Shown: positions 19,376-27,797 of the stretch, in pieces
Numbering within the stretch: position 1 is the stretch's first letter
Layout of the letters: each line of letters opens with the position of its first letter
DNA from: a virus
Lineage: Duplodnaviria > Caudoviricetes
Reading direction: 5' to 3' (one strand)
Length of the DNA: 32,554 nt
IMG/VR virus record: IMGVR_UViG_3300037755_000635
Coordinates: 1 to 32,554 of that record
Position numbers and translations under genes: made by a program
The notes under the pieces: model-generated
What the model was told of the DNA's origin: nothing
What the model saw: the letters and a program-made list of their open reading frames with translations, nothing else
Databases searched by the model: none

Positions 19376-19405
19376 AGGTTAGCACTATTCGGCGGCGAGG
19401 GTGAA
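19376..19405 (-). promoter_or_regulatory. Extended -10 promoter, predicted leaderless portal mRNA
   Basis: TTCACC-N18-TAACCT with TG at -15/-14; exactly 6 nt to the ATG; no SD sequence. Confidence 0.45.
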
Positions 19406-19469
19406 ATTCGGGTGTTTTGCTTCCATGAACGCTGTTATGAATTCCGCCGCGACTTGCGGGACGATCGCG

Positions 19470-20051
19470 TTAACCGCGATGCTCCCCGATGATTTTGAAC
19501 CGAGGTTTAGGCGCGTTGGACAGCATCGCGTCCACCGCGCGCGCGTCGGGTTGATTGGCGAGCGCGCCGGAGTTCACCATGGTTTTGAAGCCGTCGAGCT
19601 TGGCCGCGAGCTGCGGGTTGGCGGGCGCGATCTGGCGCGAGGCCCCGAAGAATTGATCGGCTTGGGTTTGGAGCGCGGGCGGGAGCTTGGGGACGGAGGT
19701 CTCGCCAGGGCGGTTGTCGTCGCGGAGGTTGGTGAGGTTGTGATCCGCCATGGTGATGTTGGCGGTGAGGTCCACGGCGCGGGCCAGGGTGGAGCCGACG
19801 CGCCCGGGCGCGCGCTGAGAGGAGATGATCCCAGCCATGTTGCGGGCCTCGCGGACGATTTCTTCCTGGCGCAGGGCTTCGCGGCAGGCTTTGCGCGGGC
19901 ACGGCGGGTCGGCGCGGTTGCCCGCGATGATGTCGAGATAGGCGCGCTCGGAAAGTTCCTTGGAATAGATGTGGGAACAGCGCGTGCATTGGCAGCGCAA
20001 GCGGTAGCGCTTGGCGGTGAGGTGGGCGGGGGCTGGTGCTTCGACTGTCAT
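19470..20051 (-). CDS. Hypothetical Zn-ribbon protein between terminase and portal
   Basis: 193 aa; CTRC...CPRKAC cysteine pairs; AGGGA RBS. Confidence 0.7.
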   Translation of the reverse strand: MTVEAPAPAHLTAKRYRLRCQCTRCSHIYSKELSERAYLDIIAGNRADPPCPRKACREALRQEEIVREARNMAGIISSQRAPGRVGSTLARAVDLTANITMADHNLTNLRDDNRPGETSVPKLPPALQTQADQFFGASRQIAPANPQLAAKLDGFKTMVNSGALANQPDARAVDAMLSNAPKPRFKIIGEHRG

Positions 20052-20063
20052 TGTGTCCCTGTA

Positions 20064-22052
20064 TTAGGCCAAGCCGCGGTCGCGCAGCCACTTCGGCGCA
20101 TAGTTCTCTTCGCGCTGGACTTCGTCAAGCTCCTCGGCGCGCTTGAAGTGCCCCGTGACGAGTTTCCCGATGAAGGATTTCATCCCGGGCTCGGCGTCCT
20201 CGTCGTAGAACTGCCCGGATTGAATCGCGGCGTAGGTCGCGCCCTGGGCGACTAGGGAGGGCCTCAGCATGTCGATCCAGGTGCGATTGGCAAGCGCCGC
20301 GGCCATGACGCGGTCGTCGTGCGCGCCGGCAGGAGCGCCCAGACCGCCGGAGTCGTTGTCTTGGACGACGGCGAGGAGTTCTTCGGTGAAGGGCTTGGAG
20401 TTGATGATGAGTTCGTCTTTGTTCCGGGTGTCGCGGAGCTGGTTGAGGATCGCCCATTTGAGATCGCGCGTGGTGTTGAATTGGGTCGTGTTGGACCCCG
20501 ACATGACCGAGTCGTATTTGCGGTAGAGGAACCAGCGCGCATTGGCGAGGAAGTCGGACCAGTCCTGCTCGCGGCGCTTGTTGCCTTCGTCGTCGAGGTA
20601 GCGCATTTGGAGTTGGTTGCGCAGGGATTTGAATTCCGACATGACGGCGAGGCCGACGCCGCCGGAGATTTCGATGTTGATGTGGCAGTTGCGATAGGCG
20701 CCCGCGAGATAGGCGAGCACCCAAGCGACCTGGCGCGTGTCGTGCATGTTCGCGGCGTACTCGGCGGTTTGCACGAGGCAGTCCGCGTAGCCGCGCCACA
20801 CGGAGATCACCGCGTTGTCGCCTTGGCCGTCGCGGCCCCAAGCCGGGTCGACCCCGATCGCGTAGACGCCGAGGGGCTCGGGGTGCTCCCAGACGCGGAG
20901 TTCGACGAGGGTTTTGTCGCGCAGGACGGACTCCATGCGCGATTCGAGGAATTGATTGGAGAGCAGGAAGCGATAGCCCTCGTAGAGCACGCCCCGGCGC
21001 GTGGTGCCGTCGGGGAGCGTGGTGAGTTGATTGGAGATGCGTTCGAGGTCTTTGGCGAGCGTGCGTGCGTGGAAAAAGGAATAGCCGGAAAGAACGAAGG
21101 CTTCGCCGTCGTACCAGGGCTGGTTTTGTTCGAGGTCGTCGTCGGTGGAGGATTCGTCGGATTGCCGCCAGCGATACCAGGCGAGTTGCTCTTGGGTGAT
21201 TTGCACGCCATGGCGCTGGAGCACGAGTTTCATTTTCTCGCGTTCTTCCGGGGACGGGGGCTGGGAGCCGTAGATGTGGAAGAGGCGCGGTTCGGGCGCG
21301 GGGCCGGTGCGGCGGAGCGTGTTGAGGTCTTTGGCCCACCAGCCGATGAAGGCGGCGCGCTTGGTGACGGTGTCGCGGAGATGTTCTTCGTAGATGGTCT
21401 TCCAGTGGTTGTGGCCCTTGGCGGTGGACTCGTAGATGTAAAGCCGCAGGGGGTTGGTGTCGGAGAGGGTTTCGCGAAAGGATTGCAGACCTTTCGGAGA
21501 GCCGTAGTTGGCGGTTTCCGTGGAGTGCATGAAGGAGTAGCCGGAGCCCTCGCCGAGGGTTTCGTTTTTCTTCTTGCCCGCGACCAGGAAGTCGAGGGTC
21601 GAGCCGTTGGTAAAGTGGATAAAGTCTTTGTTGTCCTTGCCTTTTTTGATCCCAAACGAGGAGCCGAAGAAGCTGCGCGGGAACGAGGCGATGTAGTTTT
21701 TGAGGATGATGCGAAATTTCGAACGGTTCGCGTCGGAGTCGGTGACGAGCGCCCCCCGGGTGCCGGGGAACATGGCGAGCCAGAACACGTCGATCGCGAG
21801 GGAGATCGTGGTGACGCCGCATTGGCGGGATTTGAGAAAGCAGAAGGAGCGCTGACCGGATTCTAGCCCCGCCGCGAGTTCTTCCAAGTACATGCGCTGG
21901 GAGCGCCAGAGGTCGAAGAACGAGCCGCGGGAATCCCGCTCGACGAGTTCCTTGGTGTCGATGCGGAGTTCGGAGACGAAGGCTTCGAAGAGTTCGATCC
22001 AGCGCTTGCCGGCGAAAGGGGAGTTTTGCGGGACGATGGCGTTGGTAGACAT
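20064..22052 (-). CDS. terL: Terminase large subunit
   Basis: Start ATG 22052 (TGATG coupling), 662 aa; Walker A-like LKSRQCGVTT, Walker B-like FMHSTE, coupling motif YESTAKG, RNase H-like nuclease motifs YAIGVDPA and HDDRVMA. Confidence 0.92.
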   Translation of the reverse strand: MSTNAIVPQNSPFAGKRWIELFEAFVSELRIDTKELVERDSRGSFFDLWRSQRMYLEELAAGLESGQRSFCFLKSRQCGVTTISLAIDVFWLAMFPGTRGALVTDSDANRSKFRIILKNYIASFPRSFFGSSFGIKKGKDNKDFIHFTNGSTLDFLVAGKKKNETLGEGSGYSFMHSTETANYGSPKGLQSFRETLSDTNPLRLYIYESTAKGHNHWKTIYEEHLRDTVTKRAAFIGWWAKDLNTLRRTGPAPEPRLFHIYGSQPPSPEEREKMKLVLQRHGVQITQEQLAWYRWRQSDESSTDDDLEQNQPWYDGEAFVLSGYSFFHARTLAKDLERISNQLTTLPDGTTRRGVLYEGYRFLLSNQFLESRMESVLRDKTLVELRVWEHPEPLGVYAIGVDPAWGRDGQGDNAVISVWRGYADCLVQTAEYAANMHDTRQVAWVLAYLAGAYRNCHINIEISGGVGLAVMSEFKSLRNQLQMRYLDDEGNKRREQDWSDFLANARWFLYRKYDSVMSGSNTTQFNTTRDLKWAILNQLRDTRNKDELIINSKPFTEELLAVVQDNDSGGLGAPAGAHDDRVMAAALANRTWIDMLRPSLVAQGATYAAIQSGQFYDEDAEPGMKSFIGKLVTGHFKRAEELDEVQREENYAPKWLRDRGLA

Positions 22053-22408
22053 CAAGCGTCCATCGACTGCCACGCGCCGCAGGAATCGTCGTCCTTGACC
22101 TGCGGCCACATCGCGAGCGCGTGCACCCCGGCGGTTTGATCTTCACCGTAGAAGCGCGAGAGGTAGTGGGCTTGGGGCGGGTTGGCGCGACAGCGGCGCA
22201 GCTTGGCAAGGGAGAGGTCTTGGCCGTAGGCGCAGGTGGCGCAGATGATTTTGACCGGGGCGGGCGCGGCTGCGGCGACGGCGGGCTGGGGATCGGAACT
22301 AGGCCCCGCGGCCACGAGCCCCGGATTGGCGGGAGCTTGAGCTGGGGGTTTGTCCGCCGGCCGGGAGAATGTCCGGGGGTCGGTGTGCTTGGTGGGCTTG
22401 CGGCTCAC
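22052..22408 (-). CDS. Cys-rich hypothetical phage protein
   Basis: 118 aa, GTG start overlapping the upstream stop; CATC...CRANPP...WPQVKDDDSCGAW metal-binding-like motif. Confidence 0.75.
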   Translation of the reverse strand: MSRKPTKHTDPRTFSRPADKPPAQAPANPGLVAAGPSSDPQPAVAAAAPAPVKIICATCAYGQDLSLAKLRRCRANPPQAHYLSRFYGEDQTAGVHALAMWPQVKDDDSCGAWQSMDA

Positions 22409-22683
22409 GGGCGTTCGCCTTCCGGGTAGGCGCCGAGGTACTCATCTAGTTCGTTATTGGGTTTTCCTAGTGAACTTGTCCCATTAAGCCATTCAATCGC
22501 CCGCTGCTCGGCAATCTCCTTCGTCGGCCAAGGCCCATGCTGAGACGGGTGAACCATCCCCGGCATAAAGACTTTTTCCGTCCCCTTGACTCGCCAAGGT
22601 GAACGAGTTTTCCACCAATTCCACCACTTCCCCGGCGGCCTCGTCAGCGTCTCTTGCTTCGGTCTTTCGATAACCTTCGTCAT
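22405..22683 (-). CDS. Trp-rich hypothetical protein
   Basis: 92 aa from MTKVIERP; coupled by overlaps at both ends; lower GC than neighbours. Confidence 0.6.
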   Translation of the reverse strand: MTKVIERPKQETLTRPPGKWWNWWKTRSPWRVKGTEKVFMPGMVHPSQHGPWPTKEIAEQRAIEWLNGTSSLGKPNNELDEYLGAYPEGERP

Positions 22684-22775
22684 GACAAGCACCCGTGAAT
22701 AAGCCCCGCAAGAACCGCGAGCAAAATCACGAGCCCCGCAGCGGCTTTGAGCTTTTCTTTGATGTCGCTGCTCAT
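22680..22775 (-). CDS. Small single-pass membrane peptide
   Basis: Manual translation MSSDIKEKLKAAAGLVILLAVLAGLIHGCLS (31 aa); ATGA overlaps at both ends. Confidence 0.6.
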   Translation of the reverse strand: MSSDIKEKLKAAAGLVILLAVLAGLIHGCLS

Positions 22776-22948
22776 GCGCTCTTGGCCTTCCGCATTTCAA
22801 GCACCTTCGCATACCCCGGCGTGCCGGGTTCGCGGCCGGCGCCGCGCCAGGCGTTGCCGTCGGAGGGCTTGAGCGCGACGCGCAGAGAGGCGAGGAATTT
22901 GCGCTCGGCCGCGACGTCGCCGTCGAATGGGCGTTTGATTTCTTCCAT
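22772..22948 (-). CDS. Small hypothetical protein
   Basis: 58 aa MEEIKRPFDGDVAAERKFL...KAKSA; AAGGAGA RBS; below the ORF-track cutoff. Confidence 0.65.
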   Translation of the reverse strand: MEEIKRPFDGDVAAERKFLASLRVALKPSDGNAWRGAGREPGTPGYAKVLEMRKAKSA

Positions 22949-22977
22949 GGGTGTTCTCCTTTAGCTGGCTGGTGTGA

Positions 22978-23247
22978 TCAGACGCGCGGCGGCCAGAGCC
23001 ACATTTTCGACGCGCCCTGGCCCTGGTCGAGCATCACGTCGGTACGGCGCTGGGCGCCGAAGGCCATGGAGAAGATCATGAGGTCGACGCGCTCCGGGGA
23101 GTGAACGTTGCACACGATCGCCGGGCAGTCGGCTTGGCCGGCCTCGCGGAAAATGACGATGCGGCCGGGGGAGGGTTTTTGCGTCATGGCGGCCGGGGCG
23201 CTGGTCGGCGGAGTTGGCGGCTGGGGTTTGGTGTCTTGGTCGGCCAT
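22978..23247 (-). CDS. Conserved small phage protein
   Basis: 89 aa, PSPGRIVIF...PAIVCNV...VDLMIF...WLWPPRV pattern; AAGGAG RBS. Confidence 0.75.
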   Translation of the reverse strand: MADQDTKPQPPTPPTSAPAAMTQKPSPGRIVIFREAGQADCPAIVCNVHSPERVDLMIFSMAFGAQRRTDVMLDQGQGASKMWLWPPRV

Positions 23248-23273
23248 TGGGGAGGCTCCTTCGGTTGTTGAAA

Positions 23274-23537
23274 TCAGGCCGCTTGTCTAACACGCTCGGC
23301 CAAGAGCGTCATGCTCGAACCGATCGCGGCGACGTCGGCTGTCAAGGGAAGTTCGGGCTGGGATTGGATGCGCGAGATCGCGCCGGAGAATTGCACGAGA
23401 GTCTGCATCGGGCCCGAGAGGAACCAAATGCCGTCGGAGGTGACGATCATATGCGCGTCCGGGGTCGGGGAGCGACGCAGGATGTGGGGATCAAACGCTG
23501 TGGTGGGCCAGAGGAAGTTGAGAAGCTGGCGAAGCAT
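23274..23537 (-). CDS. Hypothetical protein
   Basis: ATG 23537 after AAGGAGG RBS; 87 aa. Confidence 0.6.
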   Translation of the reverse strand: MLRQLLNFLWPTTAFDPHILRRSPTPDAHMIVTSDGIWFLSGPMQTLVQFSGAISRIQSQPELPLTADVAAIGSSMTLLAERVRQAA

Positions 23538-23898
23538 TGGAAACCTCCTTCGGTGGAACCGCGGCGAGAGTGTAGCCGACGCCGTGCGTGGTGATAATGA
23601 CAAGGCCGAGCGGCGCGATTTTGCGCCGCAGGGACGAGATGCGCACGCGCACGGTCCAGAGCGGGTATTCGGGCTCGTAGCGCGTGGAATAGATCACGCC
23701 GATGATGGCGTCGGAGGAGACGGCGCGACTGAAGCGTTTGTTGAGGGCGGTGAAAATGTCGGCTTCAAGCTGGGTGAGTTTTATCGGGGCCGGGAAGCCG
23801 CCGCGGGTCACGATGTTGTCGAGGCAAAGGACGCCGTGATAGGCGGCGGGGAAGGGTTGGCCGCAGCAGGTGCAGTGGGTTTGGGTGGGCGTTACCAT
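23491..23898 (-). CDS. Stand-alone OmpR/PhoB-type winged-helix DNA-binding protein (CtrA-like C-terminal domain)
   Basis: LTQLEADIFTAL...IYSTRYEPE...VRVRISSLRRKI...IITTHGVGYTL; no receiver domain; N-terminal CTCC. Confidence 0.85.
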   Translation of the reverse strand: MVTPTQTHCTCCGQPFPAAYHGVLCLDNIVTRGGFPAPIKLTQLEADIFTALNKRFSRAVSSDAIIGVIYSTRYEPEYPLWTVRVRISSLRRKIAPLGLVIITTHGVGYTLAAVPPKEVSNASPASQLPLAHHSV

Positions 23899-24578
23899 GC
23901 GGAATTCCCCGTGCCGCTGCCTGCGTTGAAGACTTGCACGAACGCCTGCATGCGGCGAGGGTCAGCAGTGAAGTCGTAGGCTTTGATGACCTCGATTGCT
24001 TCGCGGAACTTGGCGATCTTGCCGTCGAGCTGGGTGATGGCGGAGTCGAGCCCGGCCATGGTGCCGCGCACGATCGCTTCGAGCTGGTTGGGCTCGGGCG
24101 GGTCGGTGCGCTTTGCCTTGGCGTTGGCCGTGCCGCGGCGCTTGAACCGGCCGATCAGGCGTTCGAGTTGCGCGCGTTGGGAGGTGAGTTTGGCGCGGGA
24201 CTTTTCGAAGTCGCGAATGGAGTTCGCCGCGAGGGATTCCATCTCGCGGGCGAAGGGGATCGTGAGCGGGTCGACGCCGGATTTGGCACAGTTGTCCAGC
24301 GTGTGGGCGAGGAGCGCGGAGAGGACTTCGAGGAGTTGCGCGTGGGTGTTGTCGGGGGCGGATTCGGAGCAATCGCCCGTGGAGTCGTAGCGCGCCCGGC
24401 GGTTGGGATCGGTGAGAATGTCGTGGGCGAGCTTGGTCATGGAAAATTTGGCCTGGGAGCCGCCCGCGTCGGGGTGGTCGGATTTGGCGCGGCGCCGGAA
24501 CGCGCCGCGGATGTCCGCGTGGGATGCGTCGCACGGGACGCCGAGATGGGTGTAGAGATCGGGCGCGGCGGATGTCAT
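23892..24578 (-). CDS. DnaJ (J-domain) protein
   Basis: DLYTHLGV...IRGAFRRRAKSDHPDAGG...LTDPNRRARYDSTG with intact HPD motif, followed by a coiled-coil region. Confidence 0.9.
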   Translation of the reverse strand: MTSAAPDLYTHLGVPCDASHADIRGAFRRRAKSDHPDAGGSQAKFSMTKLAHDILTDPNRRARYDSTGDCSESAPDNTHAQLLEVLSALLAHTLDNCAKSGVDPLTIPFAREMESLAANSIRDFEKSRAKLTSQRAQLERLIGRFKRRGTANAKAKRTDPPEPNQLEAIVRGTMAGLDSAITQLDGKIAKFREAIEVIKAYDFTADPRRMQAFVQVFNAGSGTGNSAW

Positions 24579-24943
24579 GGCGCTGGGGGCAAATCAACAG
24601 GAGAGGGGATCAAGCCGGGCCAAGTCAAGCCGACGACCGGGCGAGAGTTGGTGCGAAAGTATTCGACTTCCGCGCGCAGACCGACGCTGACGTCCCAACT
24701 GGGCATGAGGCCGACGAGGCAGCCCGCGGCGCGCGACATCATCGTTTCGTTGAACGCGGCCCAAGTTTGGGCATCGGTTTCAAGAGCGCCCGCGCGGGCG
24801 ATCGGATGGCAATGAATGATGGGCGAATAGACATGGTAGCCGCCGCGCACGAGTTGCGCCGCGAGACGACAGGTTTCGTCGAAGGCGAGTTCGATGCCGC
24901 CCGGGAAGTGGGAATAAGGCGTTGCGAGGTACCAATAAGACAT
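24575..24943 (-). CDS. DUF1937-family protein (nucleoside deoxyribosyltransferase-like fold)
   Basis: YLATPYS...VYSPIIHCHPI...WDVSVGLRAEVEY signature. Confidence 0.8.
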   Translation of the reverse strand: MSYWYLATPYSHFPGGIELAFDETCRLAAQLVRGGYHVYSPIIHCHPIARAGALETDAQTWAAFNETMMSRAAGCLVGLMPSWDVSVGLRAEVEYFRTNSRPVVGLTWPGLIPSPVDLPPAP

Positions 24944-24952
24944 CGTGTCCCC

Positions 24953-25321
24953 TCAATTCCGCTGAAACGGCATCCCGGGGAGCGGCCCGTTCGCCGGCTG
25001 GATCGACGCGCCGGCGCGGCGGAGCTTTTCGTCCGAGGCGGCCCGGCGCTGGAAGTCGTGCTGGGCGTGGGCTTCGAGGATCGCGACTTCCTGGCGCCCG
25101 GAGAGTTCGAGGGCGTAGTCGGAAAGGAGGACGGCGGCGATGGTTTGGCGCTTCATGACGAGAGAACGCCCATAGCCGTCTACAAGCAGTTCGGAGCCGG
25201 GAGAAGAAAGCCGTTCTATAAGGTCCTGATATGCCGTGCGAGCCTGTTCTTCGATGTTGAACATAAGCTGCACCGGCTGCTGGATGTTTTCCAGGGTGAT
25301 GTTGATGATCCAGAGTTTCAT
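24953..25321 (-). CDS. Hypothetical protein
   Basis: ATG 25321 after AAGGAGA RBS; 122 aa. Confidence 0.7.
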   Translation of the reverse strand: MKLWIINITLENIQQPVQLMFNIEEQARTAYQDLIERLSSPGSELLVDGYGRSLVMKRQTIAAVLLSDYALELSGRQEVAILEAHAQHDFQRRAASDEKLRRAGASIQPANGPLPGMPFQRN

Positions 25322-25349
25322 TTGGTGTTCTCCTTGGTTGGGGCGTGGG

Positions 25350-26210
25350 CTATTCGACGTCCGCACGCAGCAAAATCTGCCGGCGCATCGAGCGTTCGGC
25401 CATGATCGGGATGCGCATCGCCCCGGAGAGCGCCTCGCCGGCCGGGGTTATGGAGCTTGGCCCTGCGGCCTTGAGCGCGGGATTGCCGCTGTCGCGTCTG
25501 CCTTCGGCGTTTTGGGAATAAAGCGCCGCCCGGCATTCGAGTACGTCGCGCTTGTAGAAGTCGAAAGCCATCGGGCTACGAACGCGCATGATCGGGCCGT
25601 CGAGGGTGCGTTCGACGCTGCCGCCGTCGGGAAAATAGTTGCAGGCGGCGTCGGCGGGGGGCGTGGATCGGCCAATCGCGGCGCGCGCCGCGATAAGTTC
25701 GGCACGAAGAGGCAATATGACGTCTCCGATCGCCACGACGCCGGAACACGGCGATAATGCCATCATGCCGGAGACGATACATGTGCAACAAAGGCAGATT
25801 TTGTCACCGCCGACCATTCCCCAGCGGTGGGAGGAATGTTCGTGGCCTGCGGGGGTGGGCTGACCAACCGCCCGCGACGACGGGGCGCGCGCCGGGCGCT
25901 TTGCGAGCATGTCGGGGGCTTTGCTGCTCAGACAGCGGCGGTCGAGTTCGTAACCGATCATCTCAAGGCGCCGCCAGTCCCGCGCGATATCGCCTTCGAC
26001 GTAGCTCTGAAGGAGAGTTTCATCGGGGCAAGTCGTGAGATACCGGAAGAAGGCGTCGTCGGCTTGAGCGATCGCGGCGCGCGCCGAGGAATTCGGGTTG
26101 AGGTTCTCGCGCAGCGATGCACGCCAAGGCGCCGCATTTCTACTTTCCACCCACGACTGATCGCTTCCAAGGCGCTCCAATTCTTCCCAATCTGCATCAG
26201 TCAGTTCCAT
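25350..26210 (-). CDS. Hypothetical protein with central His/Cys cluster
   Basis: 286-aa ORF starting 3 nt after the RHH gene stop; HRW...CLCCTC...PC. Confidence 0.6.
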   Translation of the reverse strand: MELTDADWEELERLGSDQSWVESRNAAPWRASLRENLNPNSSARAAIAQADDAFFRYLTTCPDETLLQSYVEGDIARDWRRLEMIGYELDRRCLSSKAPDMLAKRPARAPSSRAVGQPTPAGHEHSSHRWGMVGGDKICLCCTCIVSGMMALSPCSGVVAIGDVILPLRAELIAARAAIGRSTPPADAACNYFPDGGSVERTLDGPIMRVRSPMAFDFYKRDVLECRAALYSQNAEGRRDSGNPALKAAGPSSITPAGEALSGAMRIPIMAERSMRRQILLRADVE

Positions 26211-26213
26211 GAT

Positions 26214-26423
26214 TCATTCTTCTCTCGTCGCCATTGTTCTCTGCACTCGATTATTCGCATCTTCCACGAACGCCGCGTGCTCGACCGCTTTCCTGATCCA
26301 ATCGCTCGCCGTCAGCCCCGCCTTGACCGCAAGCAGCTCGATCCGGGATTTGTCATTTTCCGACAATCTCACCGTCACATACGCAACTTTCCGCCGGTCT
26401 TTGCTGATTTTCTTGCGTGTCAT
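26214..26423 (-). CDS. Ribbon-helix-helix (Arc/CopG/MobC-like) DNA-binding protein
   Basis: YVTVRLSENDKSRIELLAVKAGLTASDWIRKAV is a typical RHH pattern. Confidence 0.8.
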   Translation of the reverse strand: MTRKKISKDRRKVAYVTVRLSENDKSRIELLAVKAGLTASDWIRKAVEHAAFVEDANNRVQRTMATREE

Positions 26424-26857
26424 TGAACGATCGTTGCTTTTTGTGTCGGGGCCGGCGGTTAGGCGTCGTTAATCTTGCGAAAGAATGTGTAACACGTAGC
26501 TTGGCGCGGTGTCGAGAGAAAGCGTGTTACGCATAAAAGAAAAATTTCGCTGGGGAGCTGGAAAAGGAGCGCCCCGTTCCAATCCCGCGAAACCCAACGG
26601 CACGTCTCGGTTCGTTTCAAACGCGCCAATCCAAAACGCAACGGTTCGTTTCCGTGGCGCTGGGCGTTGCGGTGCGGATCGTATTTATTCAGTACACGGA
26701 CGAGCGTCACGCAGCGCGGCGCACGAGGTGCGCTTTTGGCAGCAGGCTGGCAACATGAAGAACAACGAGACGCGGCGTTTCTTTTCTCATAACACCCGTT
26801 ATGCGATGTAGATTAAGAGACGTAACGTGTGTTATATTCCGGGGACACAGCGTCAGA
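26424..26857. other. Long non-coding region with short direct and inverted repeats; candidate replication origin or operator region
   Basis: About 430 nt with no credible ORF; GTAACACG/CGTGTTAC inverted pair, CGGTTCGTTTC twice, two TAAC-N4-GTTA palindromes; next to the DUF1376 gene. Confidence 0.4.
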
Positions 26858-27298
26858 TTAGTCAGATAATGCAACGCTTATCTTCGATACGCAGCGTTTC
26901 GAATCATCGAGGGCGGCAGGAACTAGCGGCACTCCCGCCATTCCCGGATCGCTCATCTTCCCAGCTGACTTTGCCGCAGTCATTGCCCTACGCCGCGCGT
27001 TGAGCCGATGAGCATGTGCGGAATGCGCCGCGATCCGTGCGGCGTGCTTGGCATAAATGGCCGCAAGTTTAGGCTCAAGCGAATGCCAAGCCGTCATGAC
27101 TCGTTTGTTGATGTCGCACCATTGACGGCCATGCACGCTGGCCAGGCGGGATAATTGAGCATTGGAAGCCGGCAGAGGCGCGGCTTTTCCCCGCCAAAAG
27201 GCTTCCGACAGGGTGAGAAGCGCCCCAATCTCAAGCGTGGTGAGGCGATGCTCCGCAGAGGCATCTAGAATGGGACTGGCGGGAAAGTCGGCTTTCAT
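26858..27298 (-). CDS. DUF1376/YdaU-like protein (putative replication initiator domain)
   Basis: HRLTTLEIGALLTLSEAFW...PLPASNAQLSRLA...W matches the DUF1376 pattern; start ATG 27298. Confidence 0.7.
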   Translation of the reverse strand: MKADFPASPILDASAEHRLTTLEIGALLTLSEAFWRGKAAPLPASNAQLSRLASVHGRQWCDINKRVMTAWHSLEPKLAAIYAKHAARIAAHSAHAHRLNARRRAMTAAKSAGKMSDPGMAGVPLVPAALDDSKRCVSKISVALSD

Positions 27299-27304
27299 GC
27301 CGCA

Positions 27305-27333
27305 AGCATAGCACATGCTATAGTGTGACGGAA
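27305..27333 (-). promoter_or_regulatory. Leftward extended -10 promoter (leaderless) with overlapping palindrome
   Basis: TTCCGT-N17-TATGCT with TG extension, 6 nt before ATG 27298; ATAGCA-CA-TGCTAT palindrome at 27308-27321. Confidence 0.5.
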
Positions 27334-27386
27334 TGCCGCATGTTGTTAATACAAAATAACGCTTGCGTTGTGCGTGGGTTATTGAA

Positions 27387-27415
27387 TTGGCAATGGTTAT
27401 GGATCACTGTAGCGT
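27387..27415 (+). promoter_or_regulatory. Rightward sigma70-like promoter of the early operon
   Basis: TTGGCA-N17-TAGCGT in the AT-rich divergence region; predicted start ~27421. Confidence 0.5.
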
Positions 27416-27463
27416 TGAGCGTTGCGGTTGTGATTCGCGGCGCACAACCCTATGGAGAACAAA

Positions 27464-27727
27464 ATGGCTACTCTCTACCGTATGAAGTCTTGCATCGTAA
27501 AAACACGCAACGGGCACGAAGTGACGCGTGAGCGTGTGATCGCCGAAGAAAGTGAATTGGGCCACGCTTATGAGACCGTGCGTATACGCATGACGGCGGC
27601 ACATCCAGGATGTTACGTGTTTTGTGACGTATCGGAAGGCACACCGTGCACCGAAACGGGCGAGCGAGTGCGTAAAGGGAAAGCTTGCGCTTCCCCGCGC
27701 GTTGCACGACGTACAATGGCGCTCTGA
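27464..27727 (+). CDS. Hypothetical early protein
   Basis: ATG 27464 after GGAGA RBS; 87 aa. Confidence 0.65.
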   Translation: MATLYRMKSCIVKTRNGHEVTRERVIAEESELGHAYETVRIRMTAAHPGCYVFCDVSEGTPCTETGERVRKGKACASPRVARRTMAL

Positions 27728-27728
27728 A

Positions 27729-27782
27729 CGCAGCAAGCGCGCCTCTCGCAATGGGGCGCGCCGTGCTGCGCTTGGATGCGGC
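27729..27782 (+). repeat. Intergenic two-state RNA element, copy 1
   Basis: CGCAGCA-A-GCGCGCCTC-loop-GGGGCGCGC-CG-TGCTGCG-CTTGGA-TGCGGC. Confidence 0.75.
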
Positions 27783-27797
27783 CACAAGGAATGCACC

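Noticed and set aside
435-26426. Long plus-strand and alternate-frame ORFs over the virion module (e.g. 12231-14225, 20319-21866, 20125-22209)
   Set aside because: They are shadow ORFs of high-GC coding sequence, Arg/Gly/Pro-rich, without motifs, and overlap well-supported genes.
26455-27360. CtrA boxes (TTAA-N7-TTAAC)
   Set aside because: TTAA...TAAC pairs near 26460, 26813 and 27346 are 1-2 nt off the consensus spacing.
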